Shown here: positions 23,071 to 36,386 of the stretch, piece after piece | How positions within the stretch are numbered: position 1 is the first letter of the stretch | Layout of the letters: each line of letters opens with the position of its first letter | From: Malacoraja senta | Lineage: Eukaryota | Length of the DNA stretch: 64,000 bases | Assembly (NCBI GenBank): GCA_038087875.1 | Contig: CM075988.1 | Span: 24,368,001 to 24,432,000, forward strand | Direction of reading: 5' to 3' | Position numbers and translations under genes: made by a program | Notes under the pieces: model-generated | Databases searched by the model: none | What the model was told of the DNA's origin: nothing | Seen by the model: only the letters and a program-made list of their open reading frames with translations

Positions 23071-23694
23071 GGGGCTAGGTTGATAATAGTCGGTACAGAC
23101 AACACAGAGCTGTGGGAATGGGGACCTCTCCCTCTGTCAGGTTGTGGAAGCTCAGGCCAGAAGACAGTCTCAGAACTGCTCAACTTATTTCCCCAGTATA
23201 TAGGGAAAAAAAGAGTAAATATGTAGATCAACGAATCATCATCTAACTGAATGGAGGAACAGGCTTGACATTCTAAATGATGTCTCTTGCTTTGATTTTC
23301 CCATTCAGTACGCACATTCAAAATATTTATTCCCAGATGCAATTGGTAGGTAACTTAGATTTGATACTGTAATTTTGTTTGACAGATCTTCAATCATAAC
23401 GTAATTTGTTATTTTCATTCAGTTGGTACATTTTCTGACAAACCTTTGGGATGCTTTGCTCTGAACACTCTTGCCATAATCTGGAATTGAGAGGTTCCTT
23501 AACTTTGTTTGAGATGACTAAGGCAGGAACTTATACATAATAAATGCGCTTCAGAGATGTTATGAGCTACACATTCTGCATGTGCTATTGGGCACATAAG
23601 CACGTTGGCTAGAAATGTAGTTGAGTTAAAGGCATTGGCCAAATTAGAACTTATGGACTTCTTGGTTCTGGTCACAAAAGATCATTTGGTGATA

Positions 23695-24004
23695 GTTTAC
23701 TTTAGTTTAGAGATACAACACGGAAACAGGCCCTTCGGACCCCCGAGTCCGCACCGACCAGCGATCCCCACACATTAACACTATCCTACACCCACTAGGG
23801 CCAATTTTAGATTTATATCAAGTCAATTAGCCTACAAACCTGTACGTCTTTGGAGTGCGGGAGGAAACCAAAGATCTCGGCGATAACCCACACAGGTCAC
23901 GGGGAGAACGTACAAATTCTGTACAGACAGCACCCGTAGTCAGGATCGAACCCGGGTCTCTGGTGCTGGAAGGCAGTAGCTCTAGCTGCGCCACCGTGCC
24001 GCCC
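23695..24004 (-). mobile_element. V-SINE (HE1-like), full length
   Basis: Same consensus. Confidence 0.9.
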
Positions 24005-25729
24005 TAACTATATTAGGCAATTGGATGAAAGTTGTTGGGAGTGTGCAAATATTGAAAGGGCATGATCTATAGAATGACTATTATAACTATGTTTTGCTTC
24101 TACAGTGTAGAGCAGGTTGTATGATGAATGCAGATACAGTACATTAGATTCAAAGGATGCAGGCAAATTGAAGCTTCACCTGAAATGACATTTAGGGTCA
24201 CAGGGTGGTGAGAAGGGTGGTGAATCTGTGGAATTCGTTGCCACAGAAGACTGTGGAGGCCCAGCCAGTGGATTTTTTTTAAGGCAGAGATAGATTCTTG
24301 ATGAGTATGGGTATACAGAGGTTATGGGGAGAAAGCAGGAGAATGGGGTTAGGAGGGAGAGTTTGATCAGCCATGATTGAATAGCGGAGTAGACTTGATG
24401 GGCCGAATGGCCTAATTCTAGTCCTATACCATATGACCTTATGACCTTATGAGAAGAGATAAAATGATGAAACTTGCATCACTTCTTATTCCCTGGCCCA
24501 CTGAGTGTTTCCAGCATTTTCTGATTTTATTATCCATCCCTAATTGCTCATGGCCCCAGCAGGCAGTTAAGAGTCAATATATTATAGGTTGGGGTCACAC
24601 AGAGGCCCAGGTCAGGTCAGGGAAGCAAATCTCCTTCCCTGACAGCTATTAGTTACCAACATGTGCATTGTGACTATCCTGTAGTTTCCTACTTACTAGT
24701 TTCAAAAAAACTTCCAGCTTTACTTAAGTGATTGAATTTGAATTCCACAAATGCCATGCTGGGATCTGAACTGATGATTCTGGAGCACTGGTTATAGGCC
24801 AATTACACAGCCCCAACAACACCAAAGCATGGTACTGTAATCCACTGTGCACCTGCACAGGGAGTTATGAAAAATACATCAGTCGCCTCCGTATCAATGG
24901 AAGATATCGTGTTCAGCATGAATATTTATAAAAGCTAGTTAGTTAAAGGGCAAGATATGTACCGAGAATATCTGAAGCCCTCTCTGTAAGGCAGAGTACA
25001 CTGATGTCCAATACCTATTCTTTAGTTTAGTTTTAGTTGAGTTTAGTTTATTGTCATGTGTACCGAGGTAGAGTGAAAAGCTTTTTGTTGCGTGCTATGC
25101 GGTCAGCAGAAAGACAATACGTGATTACAATTGACAGATACATGATAAAGGGTTTAAGAAGGAACTGCAGATGCTGGAAAATCGAGGGTAGACAAAAATG
25201 CTGGAGAAACTCAGCGGGTGAGGCAGCATCTATGGAGAGAGGTAATAGGCAACGTTTCGGACTACCTTACTTTCTCCTCCCCTTCTCAGCTCTCCCTCAG
25301 CCTCTGGCTCCACCTCTTCCTTTCTTCCTCTCCCCCCCCCCCCCCACCACCCTCCCCCCCATCCTCACATCAGTCTGAAGAAGGGTCTTGACCCGAAACT
25401 TTGCCTATTTCCTTCGCCCTATAGATGCTGCCTCACCCGCTGAGTTCCTCCAGCATTTTTGTCTACACGATGAAGGGTATCATGTTTAGTGCAAGATAAA
25501 GTCCAGTAAAGTCTGATTGAAGATAGTCTGAGGGTCTCCATTGAGGCAGATGGTTCCTCAAGACCACTATCCAGTTATTGATAGGATGATACAAAAGAAA
25601 AACTCTGCAGTTGATAGACTCTTGGTTGCCAGTGGAGACAGATGGAGTGTTTAAGAAGGAACTGCAGATGCTGGAAAATCGAAGGTAGACAAAAGTGCTG
25701 GAGAAACTCAGCGGGTGGGGGGATGGGGA

Positions 25730-25972
25730 GAGAGAGCAGTGTTGCGGGGTATTTGAAGAGACCCTGGTGAGAGCCTCATCTATGGTAGGGGAGGGGAACT
25801 CCCGTTCCCTGAAGAATTAGGACATTTCCGATGCCCTGGTGTGGAACACCTCATCCTGGGAGCAGATGCGGCGTAGACGGAGAATTGGGAGTAGGGGATG
25901 GAGTCCTTACAGGAAGCAGGGTGGGAAGAAGTGTAGTCTACATAGCCATGGGAGTCAGTGGGTTTATAGTGG
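25730..25972 (-). mobile_element. Penelope-like element internal fragment (RT thumb/linker region)
   Basis: Minus strand YKPTDSHGYVDYTSSHPASCKDSIPYSQF, frameshift, RLRRICSQDEVFHTRASEMS. Confidence 0.8.
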
Positions 25973-26041
25973 AATGATGGAGTGAGCTATCTCTCATAAT
26001 TATGGCCAGCGCTGAACACCTACAATTATGGGCATTGATAA

Positions 26042-26350
26042 GGATGGCAAGGTGATGCAGTGGTAGAGTTACTGCCTTACAGCGCCACAGACCTGGGTTC
26101 AATACTGACTATGGGTGCTGTCTATACAGAGTTTGTACTTCTCCCTGTGATCACATGGATTTTTCTCCGGGTGCTTTGGATTCCTCCCATAATCCAAAGA
26201 TTTGCAGGTTTGTAGGTTAATTGGCAACAGTAAAAAAATTGTAACTTGTCCCTAGTGTGTAGGGTAGTGCTAGTGTACGGGGTGATCGCTGGTCAGCGCG
26301 GACTCAGTGGACCGAAGGGCCTATTTCCACGCTTTATCTCTGAAGTCTGA
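26042..26350 (+). mobile_element. V-SINE (HE1-like)
   Basis: Same consensus. Confidence 0.85.
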
Positions 26351-26776
26351 AAATTTAATTGAGTCGCTTGACCAGAGTGATTGTCTGCTTCAGAGAATTG
26401 CAATGTCCGGCAGTGATTGGATCCTGAGGAAAGCACCAGCCCTGATCATTGGTCTGCAGGTCTCCAGAGCTGCCAAGAGGTCCAATGTTTGTGCTCAGTT
26501 GCTCACCGGTTCACCTCCAGCAAAGTCACATGACACAACAAGTAACTGCAGATGCTGGTTTATATCAAAGGTAGACACAGAAGGCTGTAGTACGTAACTC
26601 AGCGGGTCAGGCAACATTTCTGGAGAAAATGGATAGGTGACATTTCACGTCTGAAGAAGGGTCCCGACCTGAAACGTCACCTATCCATGTTCTCCAGAGA
26701 TGCTGTCTGACCCATTGAGTTCCTCCAGCACTTTGTATCTATCCACTAAAGAGATGGTGGAGATTCAGCAATTGAT

Positions 26777-27219
26777 ACCTCAAGTCACGGCACCCTTTGT
26801 CACGCAAGCCCAAGAGCTGCTCTGCACAACACCGGCTGACGCTTCTAAGGCCGCCTGGGTCAAGACGAGATGGAGAGACCAGTGGAAGTCAGCGGAACCA
26901 TCTAGGCTACACCAGTACATCAATGACCCCATGGACGTCCCTGGCCAGGACCTGCCCCGAAAGCAGTGGACAACCCTCAACCGCTGAGGACAGGCATCGG
27001 ACGCTATGGAGTAGCGATGAAGAGGTGGGGCCTCGTGGACAGCGAGTGCCTCCTGCGAGTGTGGGGACCCAACACAGACAGTGGAGCACATAGTCACCAG
27101 GTTGCCCCAAACACCGACCACCGAATGGTGAATGAGATCTGATTGACCTGGACGATGACACTTTGGCCTGGCTCGTCTCAACGGAGCTGCAGGTCTAAAA
27201 GACATACGCATCAAGCAGA
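26777..27219 (+). mobile_element. 5'-truncated Vingi/Ingi-group non-LTR retrotransposon, frameshifted C-terminus
   Basis: Frame-corrected LKSRHP...DLPRKQWTTLNR(L)RTGIGRY..MKRWGL..CECGDPTQTVEHIVT.CP (CCHC-type motif); tail CATACGCATCAAGCAGAAG; TSD AGCAATTGAT at 26767-26776 and 27220-27229. Confidence 0.75.
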
Positions 27220-27814
27220 AGCAATTGATGGCCACTGCTCCATCCTCTGGGAGGGTGAGTCCAGGGAAGAGAGCATTGTTCTCTCTGCGAATGATAAGTA
27301 TTATGATCACTGTACATTGCGGGGTCAAGGAAAGAGCCTTCACGTCGGGGCCCTGTTTCCACCAAGCGACAAGACAGACACCATTGTGTGCAGATGTCGG
27401 GAAGTGTGCACAGCTCTGGCTGAACAACTTCTAATCTTGTGTGTGGACTCGATAAGAAGACTGTACATTGAAACTATACACCTGCATTCCTCGGGACGGA
27501 TTGGAAGCAGGAAATGCCGGGGACATTCAGCAGGTCAGTCCGCGTCTGCGGAAAGGGAATGACAGAGTTAATGTTTTAAATCAAAGACCCTTCATTAGAA
27601 CTCTGAATAGGACTTTTGGCCAATTGGTGAGAGAAAGGAACAAGTGCAAGGCTGTCCAGCGATGAGGGAAATTAGAAGCGGCCTACAGTTGCACAAATAG
27701 GAGTTTACTGAAAGGTGCAGTGGTGTGGAGCTATGGGCTGGAGTGGAATTGCAGGATAACACCTTGTAAAGATGTTATTCCCAGACTTGTGTTGGAGATA
27801 TTAATGAAGAACAC

Positions 27815-28233
27815 ACCTTTGGAGTTTAGAAGGATGAGAGGGTATCTCATTGAAACATATAAGATTGTTAAGGGCTTGGACACGCTAGAGGCAGGAAACA
27901 TGTTCCCGATGTTGGGGGAGTCCAGAACCAGGGGCCACAGTTTAAGAATAAGGAGTAAGCCATTTAGAACGGAGACGAGGAAACGCTTTTTCTCACAGAG
28001 AGTGGTGAGTTTGTGGAATTCTCTGCCTCAGAGGGTGGTGGAGGCAGGTTCTCTGGATGCTTTCAAGAGAGAGCTAGATAGGGCTCTTAAAAATAGCGGA
28101 GTCAGGGGATATGGGGAGAAGGCAGGAACGGGGTACTGATTGGGGATGATCAGCCGTGATCACATTGAATGGCGGTGCTGGCTCGAAGGGCCAAATGGCC
28201 TACTCCTGCACCTATTGTCTATTGTCTATTGTC
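27815..28233 (+). mobile_element. CR1 (HER1-like) LINE 3' fragment
   Basis: LEFRRMRGYLIETYK...SQRVVSLWNSLPQ...GYGEKAGTGY*; (ATTGTCT)n tail. Confidence 0.9.
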
Positions 28234-28768
28234 TTTCACAGTGTTGAAAGAGTTGTAGGTGTTGACTGTTTTGCAGTGTTGACTGTTTGAAAGGCTGCCA
28301 GCAAGTGCGAGGCACATATATCTACCTCACGTAAGGGCACCAAGTAAAGTGAATATTGCTGCACCACGGCAGGGAGATGCTGGGACAGGAAACCTTCATG
28401 GTGGAAGCACCTGCGGTGGTCACCATGGGCTGAAAAGGGACATCCTAACGGGAGCAATGCCAAGTCTGACAGAAGTGAAGATGAGGAAGAGATATCCTGG
28501 AGTGATGCCTAGTCTTTGATGAACAGACAGAACTGGTTGCCACTGAAAATATTCACACTGCTAAGAAAAAAAGGTTGTCCCATGAGCTTCCTGTGTACCT
28601 GTCACTTTAATTCTCCAACCCACTTGCACTCTCGTCTCTCTGCCTTCAACCTCCTACATTCCTCCGAATGTGCCCAATCTAATCTCGAGGAACAGCCTCT
28701 CATCTTCTGCCTGCACATATTGCAGCCCTTGGGATTTAATATTGAATTTAACAATGTCAGGTAACCAG

Positions 28769-28911
<143 letters not shown>

Positions 28912-31688
28912 CACATGGACAGCCCAACTCTCTTTGTCACTTCATGTTTTTTTTCTTCTTTTTTCTTCTGTCTGCACTTGCTGGTTGTCATCTCATTGTC
29001 ACCTTTTCATCTTTGCTCTGCACCTTATCACGGACATTCCCTCCATTTCCCACATCCATTCCCCTCTCTGTAAAACACATTGGGGTCAATAAAGAGATAC
29101 AATACAGAAACAGGTGCTTCGGCCCATCGACTCTATGCCAACAGTCTATACCCATTTACACTAATTCTACAATAGTCTCATTTATTACTCTTTCCACGTT
29201 CTTTTCAACCCGCCTCCCTCCCCTCCTGTCCTGTTACTCACCTGGACACCGGGGGCAATTTATGTGGCTAATTAACCTCCTGTCCCTTGTGAATTAGGAT
29301 GTCTGTGGCAGGAGACCGAAATCCTAAGGAAGCCCAAGTAATCACGGAACAAACATGCAAACTCCTCCTCGGTGTGTGACTGAAGTACCACAGACGTTAG
29401 GACTTTTGATCATGGATTGCGAGGCAGGGGATCGGGGAACTCTGCCAAGGTGACAAAGAGCGACAGGTGAGTGTCAGGACAAACTGTCTCTGGCTTATTG
29501 TCGAGGTTTGACACCTGATAATGGAAATTCTGACAATAATTAGGCTGGGAAATTGATATTTGAAATTTGGAGATTGAATGTGAGCCTGCTGTCTCCCGAG
29601 GGAAGGATCTGGCCTCACCGCTGAAATTGCTGCTGCATCTGCTGTCACCCTGTCCTGCAGCAGTCACCTTGTGGAGACTGAAAATCCCTCAAGTTGCTGG
29701 AGAATTTCACAGCCTGGATGGATGCTTGCCGACGATCGAAGGAGCTGCCGGATTCCAGAGATGGGCCCTGTGGCATCCCAGGGCTCTCTCCCCCACTTCC
29801 ACATTGGAGAATTATGGCTAGCCCCTCTTACATTTACAGTTGACCCACTGGACACTGTTGGTGGGTTTCATAGGAATGATCCCAGTGCGGAGTCTGGGGC
29901 TACACTAATGCCTCGGGGAGCAGTTATTAAGACAGAGAGGAGGGTTGACACACACACACCCAAACTCTGACATCGGGGCAAACATTCAGAGTGTCGGACA
30001 CCAGGATATCATAAGGTCATAAGTGATAGGAGCAGAATTAGGCCATTCGGCCCATTTACTCCGCCATTCAATCATGGCTGATCTATCTCTTCCTCCTATC
30101 TAGGTTCTCCTGCCTTCTCCCCATAACCCTCAACGCCCGTACTAATAAAGAATCTATCTATATCTGCCTTAAAAATATCCAAGATTTCCAAAAATACCTT
30201 CAGCCTCTCCAGAAATGGAAGATCATTGCATACAATTCTTTGTTATAACTTTCTTTTTGAATATGACCATAAGAAACACGGCCAAGAGTAGATCCAAGAC
30301 AGACATCCTCTAAGGAAGAGTCTCGACTGGTCTTCATCTTTGGTGTAAACCAGCATCTGCAACTCCTTCCTACACAAGAGAAGATCTTTGAGTTAGATAG
30401 AGCTCTAGGGGCTAGAGGAATCAAGGGATATGGGGAGAAGGTAGGCACGGGTTACTGATTGTGGATGATCAGCCATGATCACAATAAATGGCGGTGCAGG
30501 CTAGAAGGGCCAAATTCCTGCACCTATTTTCTTTGTTTCTATGTTTCTAAGATGATCTGACCCTCCTCATTGCAGCACTCGAAACTCTATCCATCCCCGT
30601 GTTGAATAGACTCCCTGACAGAGAATTCCAAAGGGTCACAATTCCCAGAGTGAAAACCGTTTTTTTTTCCTCATCTCAGTCCGAAATGCCGTCCCGTTCT
30701 CCTGAAGCCGTGATCACAGATTTGGATTCTAATTTTCAATGAATCTTGTATTTTCAAATAGAAGATCTTGTTTTCCTCTCAACTCCAGAGACCGTGAGCC
30801 CCTCTGCTCTGTCTCTTCCTACGTCACCTCACTCATTGCAGGAATCAATTTGGAGAGCCCTTATCCACCACCCAAGGGAAATCTATCCTTGCTAAGGCAA
30901 GTAGATCAAAACTGTGCACAGTATTCCAACACAGGATCTACAGTGGACAATTCTCAGTGCAACCTTGTCCTACTTTTTCAAGATTTGTTGAGAATATTTT
31001 GATTTTAGAAGCAAATTAATAGCCTCTCTTTTCCCCTTCAACTTAAAGTTAATAATTTTATTAGAGAAAAATGCATCCAGCTGAGTTCCCACACTATTCT
31101 CTCTGGGTCAGGATCAATGGGAAATATAATTGATGTTCCGCTGTGTGTGTGTGTAAATTAAAAGAAAAATGTATTTAAAGGTATTCCGTTGAGATAGAAC
31201 AAAGTGCCAAGATCAAACAAAGTATACAGCGATTATAAGACCTAATTAGGGCAAGGAGAAAAATGAAATCAGGTGAGATGAAGAGGGAAGGGTGAATAAA
31301 GACTGACATCATCGACCAGACGGACTGAAGGGCTTCCTCATGTTGATGATGTTGATATTTTATTGTCACATGTACCCAGGTGCAGTGAAACTATTTGTAT
31401 TTGCACACAAAGTACACAAAAGAGACGCCACAAAATTACAAAAAGTACTCTTTTTCAGTACAGTGCATTACTTTCTCTGAAGATGTGTATTTCAGGATCG
31501 CTTCGCCCCAAAGAGATTTAAGGGCAATGGCAGTCGCACTCCCACTCTCTCGCTGAAATGGTGTCGGTTGACTATGTTGAGTTTAGGAAGGAACTGCAGA
31601 TGCTGGAATATCGAAGGTAGACAAAAGTGCTGGAGAAACTCAGCGGGTGCAGCAGCATCTATGGAGCGAAGGAAATATTCCTGCACAT

Positions 31689-31818
31689 TCTTCTTCTTGT
31701 GTATAGCGTGCACAGCCTAAAGTTGTAGGACAACTTGTTCTGTTTGATCTTATTTGATTGTGCAAACCAGGTTGATTGCATTCATCAAAACAGGGCGGAG
31801 GTTGCAATCTCCCACCCC
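31689..31818 (-). mobile_element. Second copy of the ribozyme-headed short retroposon with ~9-nt deletion in P3/L3, inserted in a V-SINE
   Basis: Aligns by eye to 56282-56424 but lacks the CCACGTGTA segment; degenerate TSD CTGCACAT/CCGAACAT. Confidence 0.75.
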
Positions 31819-32659
31819 CCGAACATTAAACACTACACACACACGAGGGACAATTTGTTACATTTATACCAGGCCAATTAACCTACAAACCTGTACGTCT
31901 TTGGAGTGTGGGAGGAAACCGAAGATCTCGGTGAAAACCCACGCTGGTCACGGGAAGATGTACAAACTCCGTACAGACAGCACCCGTAGTCTGGATCGAA
32001 CCCGGGTCTCTGGCGCTGAAAGAGCTGTCAGGCAGGAACTCTACCGTTGTGCCACCGTGGCCCAATTTTGCTTCTATCACTTATGAACTTATGAGGGTTG
32101 ATGATGAGGGTGAGAGAGGGAATAAAGGCATGATTATAGATATCATCCTCTGTTGGTGTTGCTCTATTCTCCTGCTCTCCTTTGTGGCAATAAGCAAGGT
32201 GCCATTGACCAAGTACTCCATTTCTCCTGGTGACTCCGGCGTGATTCCCAAAATAAATGTTCCTTAGGTGTTGATGGATCCATGAAAAAGTGTCGCAGAA
32301 ATTCCCCTGTGCCTTCCAACAGTTCTCTAACTGACCTCCAAAAGTAATTGAAGAGCAGACATGTGAAGCAACTTTAAGCGGCAGGTTGTTCATTCTGAAT
32401 CAGTCGGCCACCATGGGGAGAGGATGATGAGTCAAGTAGCCCCCAGCAAACAGTTGCGCAAACCTCATAGCTGAGTATGGGCAGGCAACTTGCATAGAGA
32501 TCTTTAACAACCACCTGTGCTGCTGTCCTTACCTGGGTTTCAACTCTTGTTCTAAAGATAGGAAGAACTGCATTGATAGGAAGAACATTAATACTGCGCC
32601 TTTCACATCCCTTGCTGTAAACAGGAAGCTTTGTCCTGTGTGGCATGATCCCTCAAACA

Positions 32660-33020
32660 CAAGATTCAAGATTCAAGATTCAAGAGAGTTTATTGTCATG
32701 TGTCCCTGTCAGGACAACAACATTTTTGCTTTCCTTCAGCACAACAGAACATAGTAGGCATTGACTACAGAACAGATCAGTGTGTCCATATACCATTATA
32801 TAAATATATACACACATGGATAAATAACTGATAAAGTGCAAATAACAGATAATGGGCTATTAATGTTCAGAGTTTTGTCCGAGCCAAGTTTAATACCCTG
32901 ATGGCTGTGGGGAAGTGGCTATTCCTGAACCTGGTTGTTGCAGTCTTCAGGCTCCTGTACCTTCTACCTGAAGGTAGCAGGGAGATGGGTGTGTGACCAG
33001 GATGGTGTGGGTCCGTCACC
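32660..33020 (-). mobile_element. Rex1/Babar-type LINE 3' end
   Basis: Minus strand LLPSGRRYRSLKTATTRFRNSHFPTAIRVLN; (TTGAATC)n tail. Confidence 0.75.
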
Positions 33021-33149
33021 ACTCAGATCAATCAACATTTGGTTTTGCTGGTTGTGGGATAAAGTTGTCCAGGAGTGCACTGTTCTTCTGCAAAATAGTG
33101 GTGTGAGGTCTGGGAATGCTGATGAGACTTTGGTTTTACATCGTAACAG

Positions 33150-33420
33150 TGTCATAGAGTTATACTGTGTGGAAACAGGCCTTTCGGCCCAACTTGCCCA
33201 CAACGACCAACATGTCCCACCTACACTAGTCCCACTGGCCTGCATTTGACCCATATCCCTCCAAACCTGTCCTATCCATGTACCTGTCCAAATGTTTCTT
33301 AAACATTGCGATAGTCCCTGCCTCAACTACCTCCTCCAGCAGCTCATTCCGTACACCCCCGCCCTTCGTGTGAAAACGTCACCCCTCAGGTTCCTATTAA
33401 ATCTTTCCCCCCTCAGCTGA
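33150..33420 (-). mobile_element. CR1 LINE 3' fragment whose tail matches the V-SINE tail
   Basis: Minus strand ends TTGGGCCGAAAGGCCTGTTTCCACACAGTATAACTCTATGAC. Confidence 0.8.
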
Positions 33421-33449
33421 ATCCTAATTTCCTAAAGCAGAAATAAAAG

Positions 33450-33725
33450 AGCAGCATAGTGGCGCAGCGGTCAAGTTGCAACCTTACAGCGCCAGAGACC
33501 CGCGTTTAATCCTAACCTCAAGTGCAGTCTGTGTAGAATTTGCACGTTCTCCCTGTGACTGAGTGGGTTTTCAACAGGTGCTCCAGTTTCCTCCACACTC
33601 CAAAGATGTACATGTTTGTAGATTAATTGGCTTCTGTAAATTGTAAATTGTCCCTAGTGTGTAAGTGTAGGGGTGATCGCTGGTTGGCGCGGACTTGAAG
33701 GGCCTGTTTCCACGCTGTATCACTG
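33450..33725 (+). mobile_element. V-SINE (HE1-like)
   Basis: Same consensus. Confidence 0.85.
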
Positions 33726-35156
33726 AAGTCGAAAGAAAATCCCATCTGACAGACAGCACTCCCTACAGTACAGCACTCCATTTGCACTATTCAAGGGTGG
33801 CAGCTGAGATATCCGTGCTCTAAGAATTTGATCCTTGAAGCTTGTGCCTTGGGAAGCATTTGGCACAGATCAAGAAAGCATCTTGCATGAAATGTGGGTA
33901 AAACCCCATTTCAGTTTAAGTCGCCCAACTTGGCCATGGCAGAATCTCTCAGCTTGTGAAGGAGCTGTCAGGAATCACTTCCTGAATCTGAGCTCAAAAA
34001 CCTACAAACAAAAAGAAAATTGAACCCCACCCCCCTTATTAAAGCTGTGGTCTCTTGAGATGACAAATGTGATGGTTGCCATGACAGCAGAAATTCACAG
34101 TAATAATTGACTCTCCATGATCAGGCTCCAAATTAGATGATGGTTCAGAAATGCACACCTCACGCAGTAGCAAAACCCATTTTCAATATTCCTGTGTCTG
34201 TTCCACACCAGAAATAAAAGTCTTGCTGTGTTACATCGCCTGGCCATTAGGACACCATGCTGAATTAAAGGGACTCTGTCTTGTTTTTGTAAAGATTCTG
34301 CCTAGTCTTCTTGCCGCACAGAAGATGCCTGACAAATACTGATCAACTTCTAAACCAGACGGACTGCAGTGTTGTCCCAATGCCAGCATTTCCCCGGGAG
34401 TTCCAGGAATTACAGATTAAAGGCCACCATGGTGAAACAAGCCTCATGGAGAAAATTCTCAGAAGTTCTTTGAACATTTTCAATTGGAAAAATATTGCCA
34501 ACCGAAGGACTTAGTAAAATGGCTGAGTAAAATCGCCGGTTTTGCAATAAGTGGGGGAGGACATGGTGTCCCAAAGGATGAACGGGTCAGAGGGAAAGGC
34601 CGGAGTTTTGAGTTGGTGGAAGGGGGTGGGAGGTAGACCTTGCTGATTGACATTGGCCATTGATCCAGTCAATGCTTCAATCTTGCAATCCTCATCAAAG
34701 GAAGAGTGCCGGAGTAACTCAGCGGGTCAGGCAGCATCTCTGGAGAACATGGATAGGTGACGTTTCGGGTCGAGACCCTTCTTCAGGCTGATTGGGGGTG
34801 GGGTTGAAGAAAGCTGGAAGAGGGGAGAGGCAGGACAAAGCATGGCAGGTAATTGATGGACCCAGGCTAGGAAGGGGTGGCTTTCATCGACAGACCGTGG
34901 GAACAAAGGCGAGAGATAAAAACATAAGGGGTGAGACAGAATTGGAGAGTTGTGAAGCCACAGGGAGGAATGTAACAGGAGGAAGGGGGCACTTTGTGTC
35001 ACTTTGTTCATTAATCAGTATCTGTAGTTCCAGTTTTCAGTTTCTTCCAATACTCACCATTGTTTCTCTATGGCCTTGCCCCAACCTGTTTCAATAACTC
35101 CTAGAACATTTCCAGTAAATCCAGCCATGAGACCCTTCAGACTGCAAGCTATAGCT

Positions 35157-35424
35157 AGACACAAAATGTTGGAGAAACTCAGCGGGACAGGCAGCATCTC
35201 TGGACCCAAGGAATGAGTGACGCTTTGGGTCGAGACCCATCATCAGACCTCTGAAGAATGGTCTCGACCCGAAACATCCAAGAGTCTGAAGGAGGGTCTC
35301 CACCCGACACGTCACCCCTTCCTTCTCTCCAGAGATACTGCTTGTCCCGTTCAGTTACTCCAGCATTTTGTGTCTATCTTCGATTGAAACCAGCATCTGC
35401 AGTTCCTTCCCACACATTTCGTAC
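35157..35424. mobile_element. Inverted PLE-terminus insertion
   Basis: TSD GCAAGCTATAGCT at 35144-35156 and 35425-35437. Confidence 0.8.
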
Positions 35425-36386
35425 GCAAGCTATAGCTGGTAAATGCGCAATCCTCCTGCGTCCACTGCACACGCACCAGTTAGAGCCTGTGGCTTAAAAG
35501 CAGAGAGTGGATGAACCCCCAAACGGGCTTGAGAGTGGACAATGCAGAGCACTTTTTGATGCTCTGGAAATGTTTAAATTAGACAATAGACAATAGGTGC
35601 AGGAGTAGGCCATTTGGCCCTTCGAGCCAGCACCGCCATTCAATGTGATCATGGCTGATCATCCCCAATCAGTACCCCGTTCCTGCCTTCTCCCATAATC
35701 CCCTGACTCCGCTATTTTTTAAGAGCTCTATCTAGCTCTCTCTTGAAAGTATCCAGAGAACCTGCCTCCACCGCCCTCTGAGGCAAAGAATTCCACAGAC
35801 ACTGCAAATTACTGCAGAGTCCTCAGTGATGCAACAGCCATCTTTGCATTTTTTAGCCCTCCAAACAGAATCCTTGACTCTCTGCACCCTGTCATCGATC
35901 ATAGACAATGTTCCATTTGTTTCTTAGCTGAACAAAGGGATTGGTGAACATCACAAACCAAAAGAACTGCAAATAAGAAATTAAAAAGAACGACAGATAA
36001 TTTTCTTCAAATAATGTTTTGCTGAATTTGTTTGATTGATTCAGTAGAAGCATCAACCGCTTGCAACACGCAGGATCAAACCTGGTCACGGGGAACACGG
36101 AGACTGGAGAGAATTTAATGAGAGTTTGATTCCTTATTCAAACCTGGTAAGGTAAGGTGGAGTAACAAAGAGGTACTGAGGGAAGAACAGCAGTCAGATC
36201 AAAGAGATTTATTCAGGGATGCAAATAATTTAACTCTGTCAGAACAATTTATTATGATCAACATCCTAAATAGACGGCAACCCTGCTGCAATAAAAATGT
36301 GGTTTTAAAACTCAGCCTCACAGGGAGATGGATCAGTGGCAATATGGCCTTCCCGCAATGTGAAGGTGAAGATATGGGTTGTTCCG

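Noticed and set aside
26780..27427. 215-aa minus-strand ORF
   Set aside because: Antisense to the Vingi fragment and runs across its TSD; no recognisable domain.
29401..29472. Strong donor CAG|GTGAGT suggesting a plus-strand exon
   Set aside because: No convincing upstream polypyrimidine acceptor and no recognisable peptide.
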